Virus record (IMG/VR): IMGVR_UViG_3300032308_002078
Coordinates: 80,073 to 144,072 of that record
DNA length: 64,000 bases
Origin: a virus
Taxonomy: Duplodnaviria > Heunggongvirae > Uroviricota > Caudoviricetes
Strand: one strand, 5' to 3'
The notes beneath the pieces are model-generated. The model was not told where the DNA came from, did no database searches, and was given only the letters and a program-made list of their open reading frames with translations. Each line of letters starts with the position of its first letter. Position 1 is the first letter of the stretch. Below are positions 11,101 through 19,831 of the stretch, in pieces. The position numbers were made by a program, and so were the translations under genes.

Positions 11101-13477
11101 ATTTTTTGATAACTCATTATTTAAAATAGTTCAAGACTGGTCACCAGCTAGAACATCATTAGCAGCAGGTATAATAATTAAAAATACCTTACTGGATAGA
11201 AACAGATACCCTGTACCTCAAGTTAGTCCTTCTGCCTCTATTGCTTTTGTAGGTAGTGCTTCTGTTAATATTCCTTATGTAGTTGAAGATCAAACTATTA
11301 CCGGATCTATAGATGTAGGAAATATAACAGGTTCTAATGGTGGTTCAATGCCGGAATTATTTGGACAAACATCATCTGTTTATGCTTATCCTAATGTAGT
11401 TAACATAACTCAAAGTTGGGAAGGATCTACCCCTTCATTAAGTGGTTCTGTTCCCTTTACTCAAAATTCTCAAGAAGAATTCTTTAATGGACAATTAAGT
11501 GGTTCAAACTTAGTAGTAACTAATGGTACTTTAAGTGATTGTAATGTTGAAATAGTTCAAGTTTATGCTACTGGTTCTATTAACGGGCCATTTACAGGAA
11601 TAACTTTTTATTATTTCCCTAACTATGATTTTGAAACAGATAAAACTTATTATTTAACATTCACTGAAGCTAATGATGCTTCAGCCCTTGCTAGTGGATC
11701 TATTCAAATTACTGATTCATCAAACGTTTCTGGAAATCAAAGAATAATTTATTCTGGAAATGGAGATTTAGCTCCTGGTTCTTCTAGAACTATAAATAAT
11801 TTAGAAGTCCAAGGAATTATTCCTCCATTAATTTTCTCAAATAATAATGTTTTAGCATATATTACAGTAACAGCTTTTACAGCATCTGTTGCTTTTATAG
11901 ACCAAGATTGTGAGGTTTTATATGGAGATAATCAAATCCCAAGACCTAGTTACAAATACATGGATGTTGATTTTAGTGATAATCAAATAATAGCTGTAAA
12001 TGAACAAGCCATTTTAAGTGGTAGTGCTACTAGAGCAGCAGTACCTGATTCCTATTACACCTCAGCCCGTCAAATTAATTCAAGATATATTGGTAAAGAA
12101 TTAATAGTTTCTAATTTAAATAAATGGACTGAAGGAGATATATCTTATGGTAAATCAGTTACTGTAGGTAACCCTGAAGTTAATTTTGTATATTTTAATA
12201 GTGTAGGAAGCACATCACCAGAATGGGGTAATAATTTATCATCTAAAACACAAGCAAACATCAAATTAATAATTAATGACTCAGGAAGTGTTACTAAACC
12301 TATTAATGACGCAGAAGGAATTAATTTAGGAACTATTCAACAATCGTTTGTTGATAGTGGAAATGCAACTTTAGTTTTAGATGATTATGATACATTTGGA
12401 GTTAATTTAAACAACTTAAATGGTACTTGGCCTATATTTAAAAGTGGAGTAAGTATTGCTCCTATTTTATATACCCAAACAGCAAGTTATAATAATAATG
12501 GAGATATTATAGGATTTGGTTATACTGGATCTATTACTTTTGTACAAGGACAACAAGGCGCTGATGTTACTAAAAATGATTATCAATTATTAACTTATGG
12601 AGTTAATTTTAATTCTATAAATTCATCAACATCTTTGCCTTACATCTTAAATTTTTCAGATCCTGTTGTTTTAGGAGAATCAGGCAGTTTTAGTACAGGT
12701 TCAGATGCTTATAATCCTACAGGTTCTGTTGGTAGTTTATCAGGATCAGGATATGTATTAACTTTCCAAGCTCATATTGAAGCTAATGCTTTTTATACAG
12801 GAGAAATAGAATACGCTATACAGAAAAATGGTGTTAATGTAGCTACAACTATAATTAAACATGATAAAACAAAAACAGGAGATATATTCTATACTGATAA
12901 TAATGCTACTACCGCTTCATTATATACAGTTAAAGCCATAAACACAGGTTATTTAGGTGGTGGTACTGTTCAATTAAATGCTGCCTCTTATTTTAGAGTA
13001 ACCCAATATCCATTACCTGGTACAGGTATTTGTACTGATTTTTGGTACACTGGTTCTGGTACTCCTAATATTTTATTAGCTAGTACATCATCAAATGGTT
13101 TAAATCAATATGTAGGTTCAAGACAACAAAGTATTGAAAGAAGTGGATTCAATCCTATTTCTTTAGATTTTGAACCTCAACAATATGATGAAATTAGATT
13201 TCAAGGAATTGAGAATTTAGCTTATTCTATCCTTAATGTTACATCATCAAACGGTCAATTACAACTTCAATTAGATAGGAATATACCTAATGGAACTAAT
13301 TTAAGTTATTTCTTATTAAGAAGATATGTTAATGATCCTTCAAACATTATTTTGGATTTAAACAAACCAGCAGGAGCAAGTAGTGGTGGAGTATTAAAAC
13401 CAGAATACGTAACTGATGATTTAAATAAAAATCTAGACTCAATACTTCAGAACTTAAAATCAAAAGGACTAATATAA
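8105..13477 (+). CDS. Large baseplate wedge/short-fibre protein (gp7 / P2 gpI-like core with lectin-like beta domains)
   Basis: 1790 aa. Segment LLKKKGSVAGLRDLITTFGV resembles baseplate I/gp7 cores. The middle looks LamG-like (AVEFRFKT...WWSVLV...FTGSLQELRYY). Confidence 0.55.
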   Translation: MSRTVNINSINPVTFEYQTYSIEDDSLIFNTNVDTTFNPTLDIIEYFVYDLNNQIVYSNVTGYPGYTINDKNVVLDPERDLVSQGFTIGQYNTVYNFVSPKLASNSTNPYYISQISSDRTEVRLDTTTIPNDLVIASSLELINDINTTAADYYDFYLDFGDNELVIALNALLDTTDANNPTVLIKLYEPLPQQFDVNSQLWVVTQVAEPVAYNIDINETFDVLDNTITISGPNYNLNVNDQINNSTNYISYNNLTSTSASYSQGTGSLKYQLNNILAQTGIEVNIDYSDYSNFIHFSSAQTRLENFYYKLSLLGQYQYSASFSNNSSSGSYYVSSSNIIWQTKIDEIITTFDGYEYYLYYSSGSTAWPKTNTAPPYINASTGSVAGQNWFISQSAVAELYDLENNNALTLAIPSYITDDPDNTQFELFVEMIGQLFDNIFIYLQNITTKNDADNRLTYGVSKDLVADILRDMGITIYQNNFSSNDVYQALIGLTPSGSLYNLPFTTTQYPVPTGSFLEYITTYVTASSTASLYPTDDINKEQYKRIYHNLPLLLKKKGSVAGLRDLITTFGVTDTILRINEFGGKDRNVNSYDNWQNEYDYAFYTSGSSYVSSSFVLNSGWGATSNNPQAVEFRFKTNTLPFNTGSVSNVTLFDAVGSITDRSIIKLRYTGSGYTSGSYSGSIVNPYYQYALLEFVPDDFNNPSVSASVYLPFYNEEWWSVLVNASGSTGFTLYAANKNYSGEDGNVISFQASSSVTVTQTPWNSTTVAYLGAIASPASPSFTGSLQELRYYAKPITKDNFDSYVMNPYSIESSDNLAFRASLGGELYTSSRSIHPKVTGSWVATSSFASNSNFILSGSYSWIPNTEIFYFDQVPAGIQNAISNKIKQQSIILPYSSSLSNIPNNTVLSPYRSIQQFPAVSSSYTRDIDYVEVGFSPQNEINEDINSQLGYFNLGNYIGDPRFQSSSLDTYPALDVLRDYYFQKYTSNYQEFDYIRLIEFFDNSLFKIVQDWSPARTSLAAGIIIKNTLLDRNRYPVPQVSPSASIAFVGSASVNIPYVVEDQTITGSIDVGNITGSNGGSMPELFGQTSSVYAYPNVVNITQSWEGSTPSLSGSVPFTQNSQEEFFNGQLSGSNLVVTNGTLSDCNVEIVQVYATGSINGPFTGITFYYFPNYDFETDKTYYLTFTEANDASALASGSIQITDSSNVSGNQRIIYSGNGDLAPGSSRTINNLEVQGIIPPLIFSNNNVLAYITVTAFTASVAFIDQDCEVLYGDNQIPRPSYKYMDVDFSDNQIIAVNEQAILSGSATRAAVPDSYYTSARQINSRYIGKELIVSNLNKWTEGDISYGKSVTVGNPEVNFVYFNSVGSTSPEWGNNLSSKTQANIKLIINDSGSVTKPINDAEGINLGTIQQSFVDSGNATLVLDDYDTFGVNLNNLNGTWPIFKSGVSIAPILYTQTASYNNNGDIIGFGYTGSITFVQGQQGADVTKNDYQLLTYGVNFNSINSSTSLPYILNFSDPVVLGESGSFSTGSDAYNPTGSVGSLSGSGYVLTFQAHIEANAFYTGEIEYAIQKNGVNVATTIIKHDKTKTGDIFYTDNNATTASLYTVKAINTGYLGGGTVQLNAASYFRVTQYPLPGTGICTDFWYTGSGTPNILLASTSSNGLNQYVGSRQQSIERSGFNPISLDFEPQQYDEIRFQGIENLAYSILNVTSSNGQLQLQLDRNIPNGTNLSYFLLRRYVNDPSNIILDLNKPAGASSGGVLKPEYVTDDLNKNLDSILQNLKSKGLI

Positions 13478-13493
13478 AAACAAAACTTATATA

Positions 13494-13501
13494 TATTTAT
13501 A
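13494..13501 (+). promoter_or_regulatory. Putative late promoter box TATTTATA
   Basis: Intergenic, 13 nt before the ATG at 13515. Confidence 0.55.
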
Positions 13502-13514
13502 ATAAAATAAACAA

Positions 13515-14174
13515 ATGGGATATTTAAATAATACAGTAGTAACCGTGGACGCCATCCTAACAGATGTAGGACGTCAGTTATTAGCTCAACAAAATGGTCA
13601 ATTTAGAATTACTCAATTTGCTTTAGCAGATGATGAAATTGATTATACTCTTTATAATCCAAATAATCCATCCGGTTCTGCTTATTATGGTCAAGCAATC
13701 GAGAATATGCCTTTATTAGAGGCGTTTCCTCAAGCAAACCAAACCATGAAATATAAGTTAGTAACTTTACCTCGTGGAACAGCTAAATTGCCTATTCTTA
13801 ATTTAAATACATCTAATATCATAATGCCTCAAAGTGGTATTTATACTCTTACTCCTCAAACATTGAATTATTTAGGAGCTAACACTTATGAGCCATCAGG
13901 ATATTCAGCCACAATTTCAGATGTTAGATTAATGTCTACTTTTGAAGGTGTAGGTATTAATACACCAGCAGTAACTGCTTTGAATGTAGCTAACCAAACT
14001 ACTACAATTGGTACTAGTGTATCTAAAACAGTTGTTGGTACTACAATTAACATGAGAGCAACTACAGTAAATACATTATTTGGAACAAATAATACTTTAC
14101 AAGCTACTTTAACAGTAGTAGGTAGAGATAGTGGAGCTCGTTTAACTATTCCTGTAACAGTAACAAAAGCATAA
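13515..14174 (+). CDS. Tail/baseplate structural protein
   Basis: N-terminal AILTDVGRQLLAQ...ITQFALADDEIDY resembles tail-fibre/collar N-termini. C-terminal Ig-like strands. Confidence 0.5.
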   Translation: MGYLNNTVVTVDAILTDVGRQLLAQQNGQFRITQFALADDEIDYTLYNPNNPSGSAYYGQAIENMPLLEAFPQANQTMKYKLVTLPRGTAKLPILNLNTSNIIMPQSGIYTLTPQTLNYLGANTYEPSGYSATISDVRLMSTFEGVGINTPAVTALNVANQTTTIGTSVSKTVVGTTINMRATTVNTLFGTNNTLQATLTVVGRDSGARLTIPVTVTKA

Positions 14175-14186
14175 TAAAATAAAAAA

Positions 14187-15233
14187 ATGTCATTTAAAAG
14201 ATTAGAAGCCGATGATTTTGTAGTAAGTTCTGATGCTATTTCAGCAACAGCTTGGACTACAAATCTCCCAACCTTAACAGCATTTTTCACTTCTTCTGTT
14301 CAAGCCAACGGTAGTTCAGGAGATTATTATGTAAATGTTTTTGATACAGCTGCTACTTCCTCTGTTCAATTTGCTATTGCCTATGGTAATGCTTTTGGTA
14401 GTGGTAGCCAAGTATATAACCCAGCAGTAGATGGTTTATCTCCTACAAGTACTATTTTTGGTCAATGGCAAGATTTAGTAATTGGAGATGAAAATACATT
14501 GTTCCAATTTGGAGCAATTTCTTCTTCAGAATTTTTTGCTTTACCTATTGAAAGACAATGTTATAAAGAATCTTTATTCTTAGGTTCATTATCATTAACT
14601 ATTAAAGGCCCTACAACTGCTTCAGGTTCAATTACATTAACTGATAATAGTGCTTATGTTACTACTACAGTATTTAATGAAGCTGGTAGAGTATTCCAAT
14701 TAATTTCAGGTTCAGCTGGGGTTAGATATACAGGATCTAATACTACAGCAGATGGTTTTTCACTTAACTCAGGATCTTATGGTTGGTTATTACCTGATAT
14801 TGGAACTATTATCTTAAACCCATTAGCCTTATCCGCTCCAACAGCAAGTGGTGGTATTGGATTTGTTTATAGTGGCTCAGCATTCTCAGGTTCATTAGCT
14901 TATTCATCCGCTACAAATGCTAATGCTGCTTTATTTAGAGCAATTAGTGGTTCTGGTGCTTTTACTTTAAATTCTCAAGAAACAATTACTTCAGATTATG
15001 TGTTTGTAAGACCAAGAAGCTCAGAATTTAATTACTCAGAAAACCCATCATTTATTTCAGGTTCAACTGGTGAAGTATTATATTCTCAATTTATTAATAG
15101 TCCTCAAGTATATATTACAACCATTGGTTTATATAATGATTCAAATGAATTATTGGCGGTTGCTAAGTTATCACGACCATTATTAAAAGATTTTACTAAA
15201 GAAGCTCTTGTGAGAGTTAAGCTTGATTTCTAA
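14187..15233 (+). CDS. Baseplate/tail-collar structural protein, paralog 1
   Basis: C-terminal YITTIGLYNDSNELLAVAKLSRPLLK motif, shared with the next gene. Confidence 0.55.
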   Translation: MSFKRLEADDFVVSSDAISATAWTTNLPTLTAFFTSSVQANGSSGDYYVNVFDTAATSSVQFAIAYGNAFGSGSQVYNPAVDGLSPTSTIFGQWQDLVIGDENTLFQFGAISSSEFFALPIERQCYKESLFLGSLSLTIKGPTTASGSITLTDNSAYVTTTVFNEAGRVFQLISGSAGVRYTGSNTTADGFSLNSGSYGWLLPDIGTIILNPLALSAPTASGGIGFVYSGSAFSGSLAYSSATNANAALFRAISGSGAFTLNSQETITSDYVFVRPRSSEFNYSENPSFISGSTGEVLYSQFINSPQVYITTIGLYNDSNELLAVAKLSRPLLKDFTKEALVRVKLDF

Positions 15234-15238
15234 AATGA

Positions 15239-16261
15239 ATGGGTACTTTCAAACAATTTTTAGCGTCGGATATAATAATTACTCCGCTTGAATTAAATAA
15301 GTCATTTAATTTTGAGGGGGCAGCCGCGTTAACTAGTTCTGTAGTTGGTATTGATAGGTATTTAGGAACAAACATAACAAGTTATCCTTTTAATCCAACT
15401 ACAGATCCCCAAACAGGACAAATCAGTACTCAATATCAAAGATTAATATACAGTTCTATTGAACAGCTTTATTATTCTAATTATTTAAATGCTACAGCAA
15501 GTTATGGTTCTCCCGCTACTACTGCTAGTCTAGTTGCAGGATACAATACAGAAGGAGATGTTTTAGTAGGTCCAACCTCATCAGCAGGTCGTTATTTTAA
15601 TTATCCTCAAACATCCTTAACTTTTGCTCATTACTTTCCTACATCTTCAAATTCAACAATTGGTGTTTTATCTGTACCTGTAGGATTATTTGGTAACTAT
15701 ATTCAACCTAATTCTTTTGTTTGGGAAGCAGATGGTTTACAAGTTTATGATGATGGGGAAGGTAATTTAATTTTCCAAACAACAGGACAAATTTGCGGTA
15801 ATATATTTTATGGACATGGTTTAGCTATTATAACCAGTGACTCTCAACCTCAAGGAGATGTATATGGAACTGCTATTTATGGTGGATCATTATATGGTGC
15901 TTCTGATGCTCAAGTTATTAATAGTTTTGTTACATCATCTAATGTAACTTGTTCATTTTCATCCTCACTTACAATTTATGAAACTCAATATAAATGTACT
16001 GCTAGAGAAAATGAATTTAATTTTAGTCAAAACCCAACTATAACTTCAGGTAGTACAGCTAACTCAAGTTCAGTAGGAACATTTTATACTCCAGCAGAAA
16101 ATTTATATGGATTTGCTACTGGTTCTTATTTTCAGCCTTATGTGACAACAATAGGACTTTATAATGAACAACAACAGTTGTTAGCGATAGGAAAGTTAGC
16201 TCAACCATTACCTTTATCGCCTACAACAGATACTACAATACTTATAAACATAGATAGATAA
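15239..16261 (+). CDS. Baseplate/tail-collar structural protein, paralog 2
   Basis: C-terminal ENEFNFSQNP...YVTTIGLYNEQQQLLAIGKLAQPLP matches the preceding gene. Confidence 0.55.
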   Translation: MGTFKQFLASDIIITPLELNKSFNFEGAAALTSSVVGIDRYLGTNITSYPFNPTTDPQTGQISTQYQRLIYSSIEQLYYSNYLNATASYGSPATTASLVAGYNTEGDVLVGPTSSAGRYFNYPQTSLTFAHYFPTSSNSTIGVLSVPVGLFGNYIQPNSFVWEADGLQVYDDGEGNLIFQTTGQICGNIFYGHGLAIITSDSQPQGDVYGTAIYGGSLYGASDAQVINSFVTSSNVTCSFSSSLTIYETQYKCTARENEFNFSQNPTITSGSTANSSSVGTFYTPAENLYGFATGSYFQPYVTTIGLYNEQQQLLAIGKLAQPLPLSPTTDTTILINIDR

Positions 16262-16264
16262 TAT

Positions 16265-16738
16265 ATGAATGAATGGTTTTTTCAAAATGATAGTGATAGT
16301 GGATTAAAGTCTAAAAAAACTTATTCTTCAATTGAAGATTTTCCAGATAACACTTTTGGTTTTATTTATATAGTAACCCATAGACCAACAGGTATGGCTT
16401 ACTTAGGCAAAAAAGTTCTTTACCATAATGTGAAGAAAAAACTAACAAAAAAGGAACTAGCAGAACAAACAGGTCCAGGCAGGAAGTCAGCCACTCGGGT
16501 GGTAGTAAAAGAATCAGACTGGAAAACCTATTATGGCTCTGCTAAACCAATTATGGAACTCATAAAAGGAGGTAAACAAGAGGAATTTACCCGTGAAATT
16601 CTACAATTGGTTCCTAATAAAAAACTTCTTACTTACTATGAATGTAAGTACTTATTTCAGTTAGGTGTATTAGAACACCCTGATAAATGGATGAATGATA
16701 ATATCCAAGGCCGCTTTTTCACAAAGGATTTTCTTTAA
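16265..16738 (+). CDS. denA: GIY-YIG nuclease, T4 endonuclease II (DenA)-like
   Basis: GFIYIVT...AYLGKK, ESDWKTYYGS, FTREIL and YYECKY..NDNI motifs. Confidence 0.65.
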   Translation: MNEWFFQNDSDSGLKSKKTYSSIEDFPDNTFGFIYIVTHRPTGMAYLGKKVLYHNVKKKLTKKELAEQTGPGRKSATRVVVKESDWKTYYGSAKPIMELIKGGKQEEFTREILQLVPNKKLLTYYECKYLFQLGVLEHPDKWMNDNIQGRFFTKDFL

Positions 16739-16774
16739 TTATATTCTCGGTAAATTTTTTAATATTTATCATCG

Positions 16775-17455
16775 ATGATAGGTATTTATAAAATTACAAA
16801 TCCTAAAGGTAAAATTTATATTGGACAATCTACTAATATAGAAGAACGTTGGGAAAAAGGTCACAAATATAGTTCGGGATGTGGTATTAAATTAAAAAAT
16901 TCTTTTAAAAAATACAGTTGGGAAAACCATGTAAAAGAAATTATTGAAGAATGTTTAGTAGAAGAATTATCAAATAAAGAAACTTATTGGATAGAATATT
17001 ATAATAGTTATAAAAAAGGACTTAACTCTACACCTAAAGGAGGAGTCCAAGGTTATAAAGATGAACAATGGAGAAAAGCTCATTCTAAGGGATTAAAAGG
17101 TAGAAAAGGTTATTGGGAAGGTAAAAAAAATCCAAAACATAGTGCTTTTTTAAAAGAAAAGGGTTGTGGTTTATCTTATAAAAGAACTCAAGAACATAAA
17201 GACAATCTTTCTATAATGATGAAAGAAGTATGGAGTAATAAAAAAGAAGAAATAAGTAAAAAAATTACTCAAGGTAAAATAGGTAAAGGATTAAAACCTA
17301 TTATTTGTGATACTTTATTTGGTATGGAATTTAAATCATTATCAGAAGCAAGTGAAGTTTTAAATCTAAATAAAGGTAACATATGTGAAGTTTTAAAAGG
17401 TAATAAAATTCATATTAAAGGATTTGTTTTTCGATATAAGGATTTGGATATCTAA
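16775..17455 (+). mobile_element. Free-standing GIY-YIG homing endonuclease with NUMOD-type C-terminal DNA-binding modules
   Basis: MIGIYKITNPKGKIYIGQSTNIEERW...E..WI..YNS...GLN, basic NUMOD3-like middle, C-terminal FKSLSEASEVLNLNKGNICEVLKG helix-turn-helix. Confidence 0.8.
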
Positions 17456-17476
17456 GGTTTCTTTTATATATTTATA
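17443..17476 (+). promoter_or_regulatory. Bipartite promoter TTTGG-N19-TATATT with overlapping TATTTATA box
   Basis: TTTGG at 17443-17447 and TATATT at 17467-17472. Confidence 0.6.
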
Positions 17477-17490
17477 ATAAATAAAAAGAT

Positions 17491-17730
17491 ATGGATAATT
17501 TTGATTTAAAGAAATATTTAGTAGAAAATAGATTAAAGGAAACTACTTTAACCGAAGCTAAATATAATGAATTTATGTTAGAATGGATGGTTCCTGGGAA
17601 AGAATCTAATACATTAATGTCTAAAAATTTAAAAGAATTATTTAATTTTATTGATGAAAAAAATATAAAAGACTATACTGTTAAAGGATGGGATGGGAGA
17701 AAATGGGATACTTTAATTAGTAGTTTATAA
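17491..17730 (+). CDS. Small putative internal head protein
   Basis: N-terminus MDNFDLKKYLVENRLKETTLTEA. Confidence 0.55.
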   Translation: MDNFDLKKYLVENRLKETTLTEAKYNEFMLEWMVPGKESNTLMSKNLKELFNFIDEKNIKDYTVKGWDGRKWDTLISSL

Positions 17731-17751
17731 TAAATAAAAATATATTAAATT

Positions 17752-17779
17752 AAGCTTGGGAAACCAAGCTTTCTTTTTT
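17752..17779 (+). terminator. Rho-independent terminator that also contains a promoter upstream element
   Basis: AAGCTTGG-GAAA-CCAAGCTT followed by a T-rich run. Confidence 0.7.
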
Positions 17780-17784
17780 ATATT
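17755..17784 (+). promoter_or_regulatory. Bipartite promoter CTTGG-N19-TATATT for the primase operon
   Basis: CTTGG at 17755-17759 and TATATT at 17779-17784. Confidence 0.6.
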
Positions 17785-17790
17785 ACATTA

Positions 17791-18720
17791 ATGCTAAATC
17801 AAGCCCTGATTGCGTTAGTGAATTCTGTACTAGGTACAGGTAAGTCTACCTCTAGAGGTAACCAGTCTCACCATTGTCCTTTTTGTAATCATGCTAAACC
17901 TAAATTAGAAATTAATTTTGATGAAGGTTCATCTCATTATGAAAAATGGCATTGTTGGGCTTGTGATAAAAAAGGTAAAAAAATTCAACAACTATTTAAA
18001 GCAGTAAAAGCAACACCTGACAAAATGGCTGAATTAAAAGCCATTGTTAAGTCATTTGTTGTTTATAATAAGCAAGAAGAAGTTGAAACTTTATCTTTAC
18101 CTAAAGAATTTAAACCATTAATTAATATTCAGAAATCAGATATTTTAGGAAGACATGCTTTAACCTATGTTAAATCTAGAGGCATAACAGATGAAGATAT
18201 TATGAAATATAATATTGGATATTGTTCTTCAGGTAACTATGGTAAAATGGTTATTATTCCTTCATATGATGCTGATGGTAAGTTAAATTATTTTACAGGA
18301 AGATCATTTGAAAAAGATTCAAAAGTAAAATATAGAAACCCATCTGTGTCTCGTGATATCATACCCTTTGAGTTGTTTATAAACTGGAATATACCGTTTA
18401 TATTATGCGAAGGACCATTTGACGCCATTGCTATCAAACGTAATGCAATACCGTTATTAGGCAAGAATATACAGTCTACTTTGATGAAAAAGATTGTAAT
18501 GTCTAGTGTCGAAAAAATATATATAGCTTTAGACAAAGACGCTCAAAAACAAGCATTAAGTTTTTGTGAGCGTCTGATGAACGAAGGCAAAGAAGTTTAT
18601 CTTGTAGACATGCAAGATAAGGACCCAAGTGAAATGGGTTTTAAGAATTTCATAGACATAATTTCAGACACATTACCCTTAACATTCTCAGGGTTACTTG
18701 AGAAAAAACTCTTTTTATGA
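17791..18720 (+). CDS. DNA primase (zinc finger + TOPRIM)
   Basis: HCPFC...WHCWAC zinc finger; LCEGPFDAI and IALDKDA TOPRIM motifs. Confidence 0.85.
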   Translation: MLNQALIALVNSVLGTGKSTSRGNQSHHCPFCNHAKPKLEINFDEGSSHYEKWHCWACDKKGKKIQQLFKAVKATPDKMAELKAIVKSFVVYNKQEEVETLSLPKEFKPLINIQKSDILGRHALTYVKSRGITDEDIMKYNIGYCSSGNYGKMVIIPSYDADGKLNYFTGRSFEKDSKVKYRNPSVSRDIIPFELFINWNIPFILCEGPFDAIAIKRNAIPLLGKNIQSTLMKKIVMSSVEKIYIALDKDAQKQALSFCERLMNEGKEVYLVDMQDKDPSEMGFKNFIDIISDTLPLTFSGLLEKKLFL

Positions 18721-19490
18721 GCAAAATAAAAAAATCTTACAATAGAATCTTAGAAGTATCAGATGATGCTAAACAAATAACATTACCAGACTCTCGTTAT
18801 TATAGACGAAACGGAGAATATTATCCATCAATTACTTATGTTTTAGGTTATTATCCTAAAGGTAAGTTTTTTGAGGACTGGCTTAAAAAAGTAGGTTACT
18901 CTGCTGAACATATTGTTAGAAAAGCAGGTGAGGAAGGAACAGCAGTTCATGAAATGATTGAAGAATACCTTGAAGGTAAAGAAATGAATTTTATGAACCA
19001 ACATGGTAATCCTCAATACAGTCCTGATGTGTGGCAAATGTTTTTACGTTTTGTAGACTTTTGGGAAACCTATAATCCAAAACTAATTGAGGCTGAAGTT
19101 CATTTATTTTCAGATGAACTAAAGGTAGCAGGTACTTGTGATTTGATTGTTGAAATTGAAGATAAACTATGGTTAATTGATTTTAAAACATCTAACCACA
19201 TCCAGCCTACTTATGAATTACAGACAGCTATTTATGGAAAGTGTTATGAGGAATGTTATGGTAAAAAAGTAGATAACTATGGTATTCTTTGGTTAAAATC
19301 AGCTAAACGTAAACCCAATAAAGACAAGATGCAAGGTAAAGGATGGGAAATGGTTTTATCTACTAGAACACACGAGGAAAACATTGATATCTTTAAGACA
19401 GTAAAACGTTTATTTGATTTAGAAAATCCTACTCACGCTCCTATATTTACTGAGTTTAAGACCACGGTAAAAAGGGATTTGGCAATCTAG
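18717..19490 (+). CDS. PD-(D/E)xK exonuclease (Cas4/RecB-like)
   Basis: YPSIT.VL, GTAVHEMIE, EAE.HL, AGTCDL, LIDFKTS and QTAIY motifs. Confidence 0.8.
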   Translation: MSKIKKSYNRILEVSDDAKQITLPDSRYYRRNGEYYPSITYVLGYYPKGKFFEDWLKKVGYSAEHIVRKAGEEGTAVHEMIEEYLEGKEMNFMNQHGNPQYSPDVWQMFLRFVDFWETYNPKLIEAEVHLFSDELKVAGTCDLIVEIEDKLWLIDFKTSNHIQPTYELQTAIYGKCYEECYGKKVDNYGILWLKSAKRKPNKDKMQGKGWEMVLSTRTHEENIDIFKTVKRLFDLENPTHAPIFTEFKTTVKRDLAI

Positions 19491-19511
19491 AATTTTTTTT
19501 ATATATTTATA
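19478..19511 (+). promoter_or_regulatory. Bipartite promoter TTTGG-N19-TATATT with overlapping TATTTATA box
   Basis: TTTGG at 19478-19482 and TATATT at 19502-19507. Confidence 0.6.
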
Positions 19512-19524
19512 GATAAATAAAAAA

Positions 19525-19758
19525 ATGAAAGATATTATAAGAATGAACCAATTAGCAGGTACTATAACTGAAGGCCAAGCTAAAAAAATGTCAAAAGTAT
19601 TAACTGAAGAAATGGATGCTTTTGGTTATAGTAACTCAGTCCAATCTGTTATTAACCAACTTATAGATATGGGTAAAGAAGGTAAACAAGCTCTAGCAAC
19701 ATTAGAAAAAATTCCAGATTGGAATGAAATGGTGCAAGCTGCTGTAGACGATTTCTAA
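19525..19758 (+). CDS. Small putative internal head protein
   Basis: N-terminus MKDIIRMNQLAGTITE. The RxxxLAG motif also ends the scaffold protein. Confidence 0.55.
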   Translation: MKDIIRMNQLAGTITEGQAKKMSKVLTEEMDAFGYSNSVQSVINQLIDMGKEGKQALATLEKIPDWNEMVQAAVDDF

Positions 19759-19780
19759 AAATAAAATATATTTAAAATTA

Positions 19781-19806
19781 AGGGCTTGGTTATCCAAGCC
19801 TTTTTT
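19781..19806 (+). terminator. Rho-independent terminator containing a promoter upstream element
   Basis: GGCTTGG-TTAT-CCAAGCC followed by TTTTTT. Confidence 0.7.
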
Positions 19807-19814
19807 GTTATATT
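19785..19814 (+). promoter_or_regulatory. Bipartite promoter CTTGG-N19-TATATT
   Basis: CTTGG at 19785-19789 and TATATT at 19809-19814. Confidence 0.6.
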
Positions 19815-19831
19815 TATGACAAACCATATCC

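Noticed and set aside
18717-19490. Cas4 as evidence of a CRISPR-Cas locus
   Set aside because: There are no other cas genes and no array. Stand-alone PD-(D/E)xK exonucleases next to primase are common in phages.
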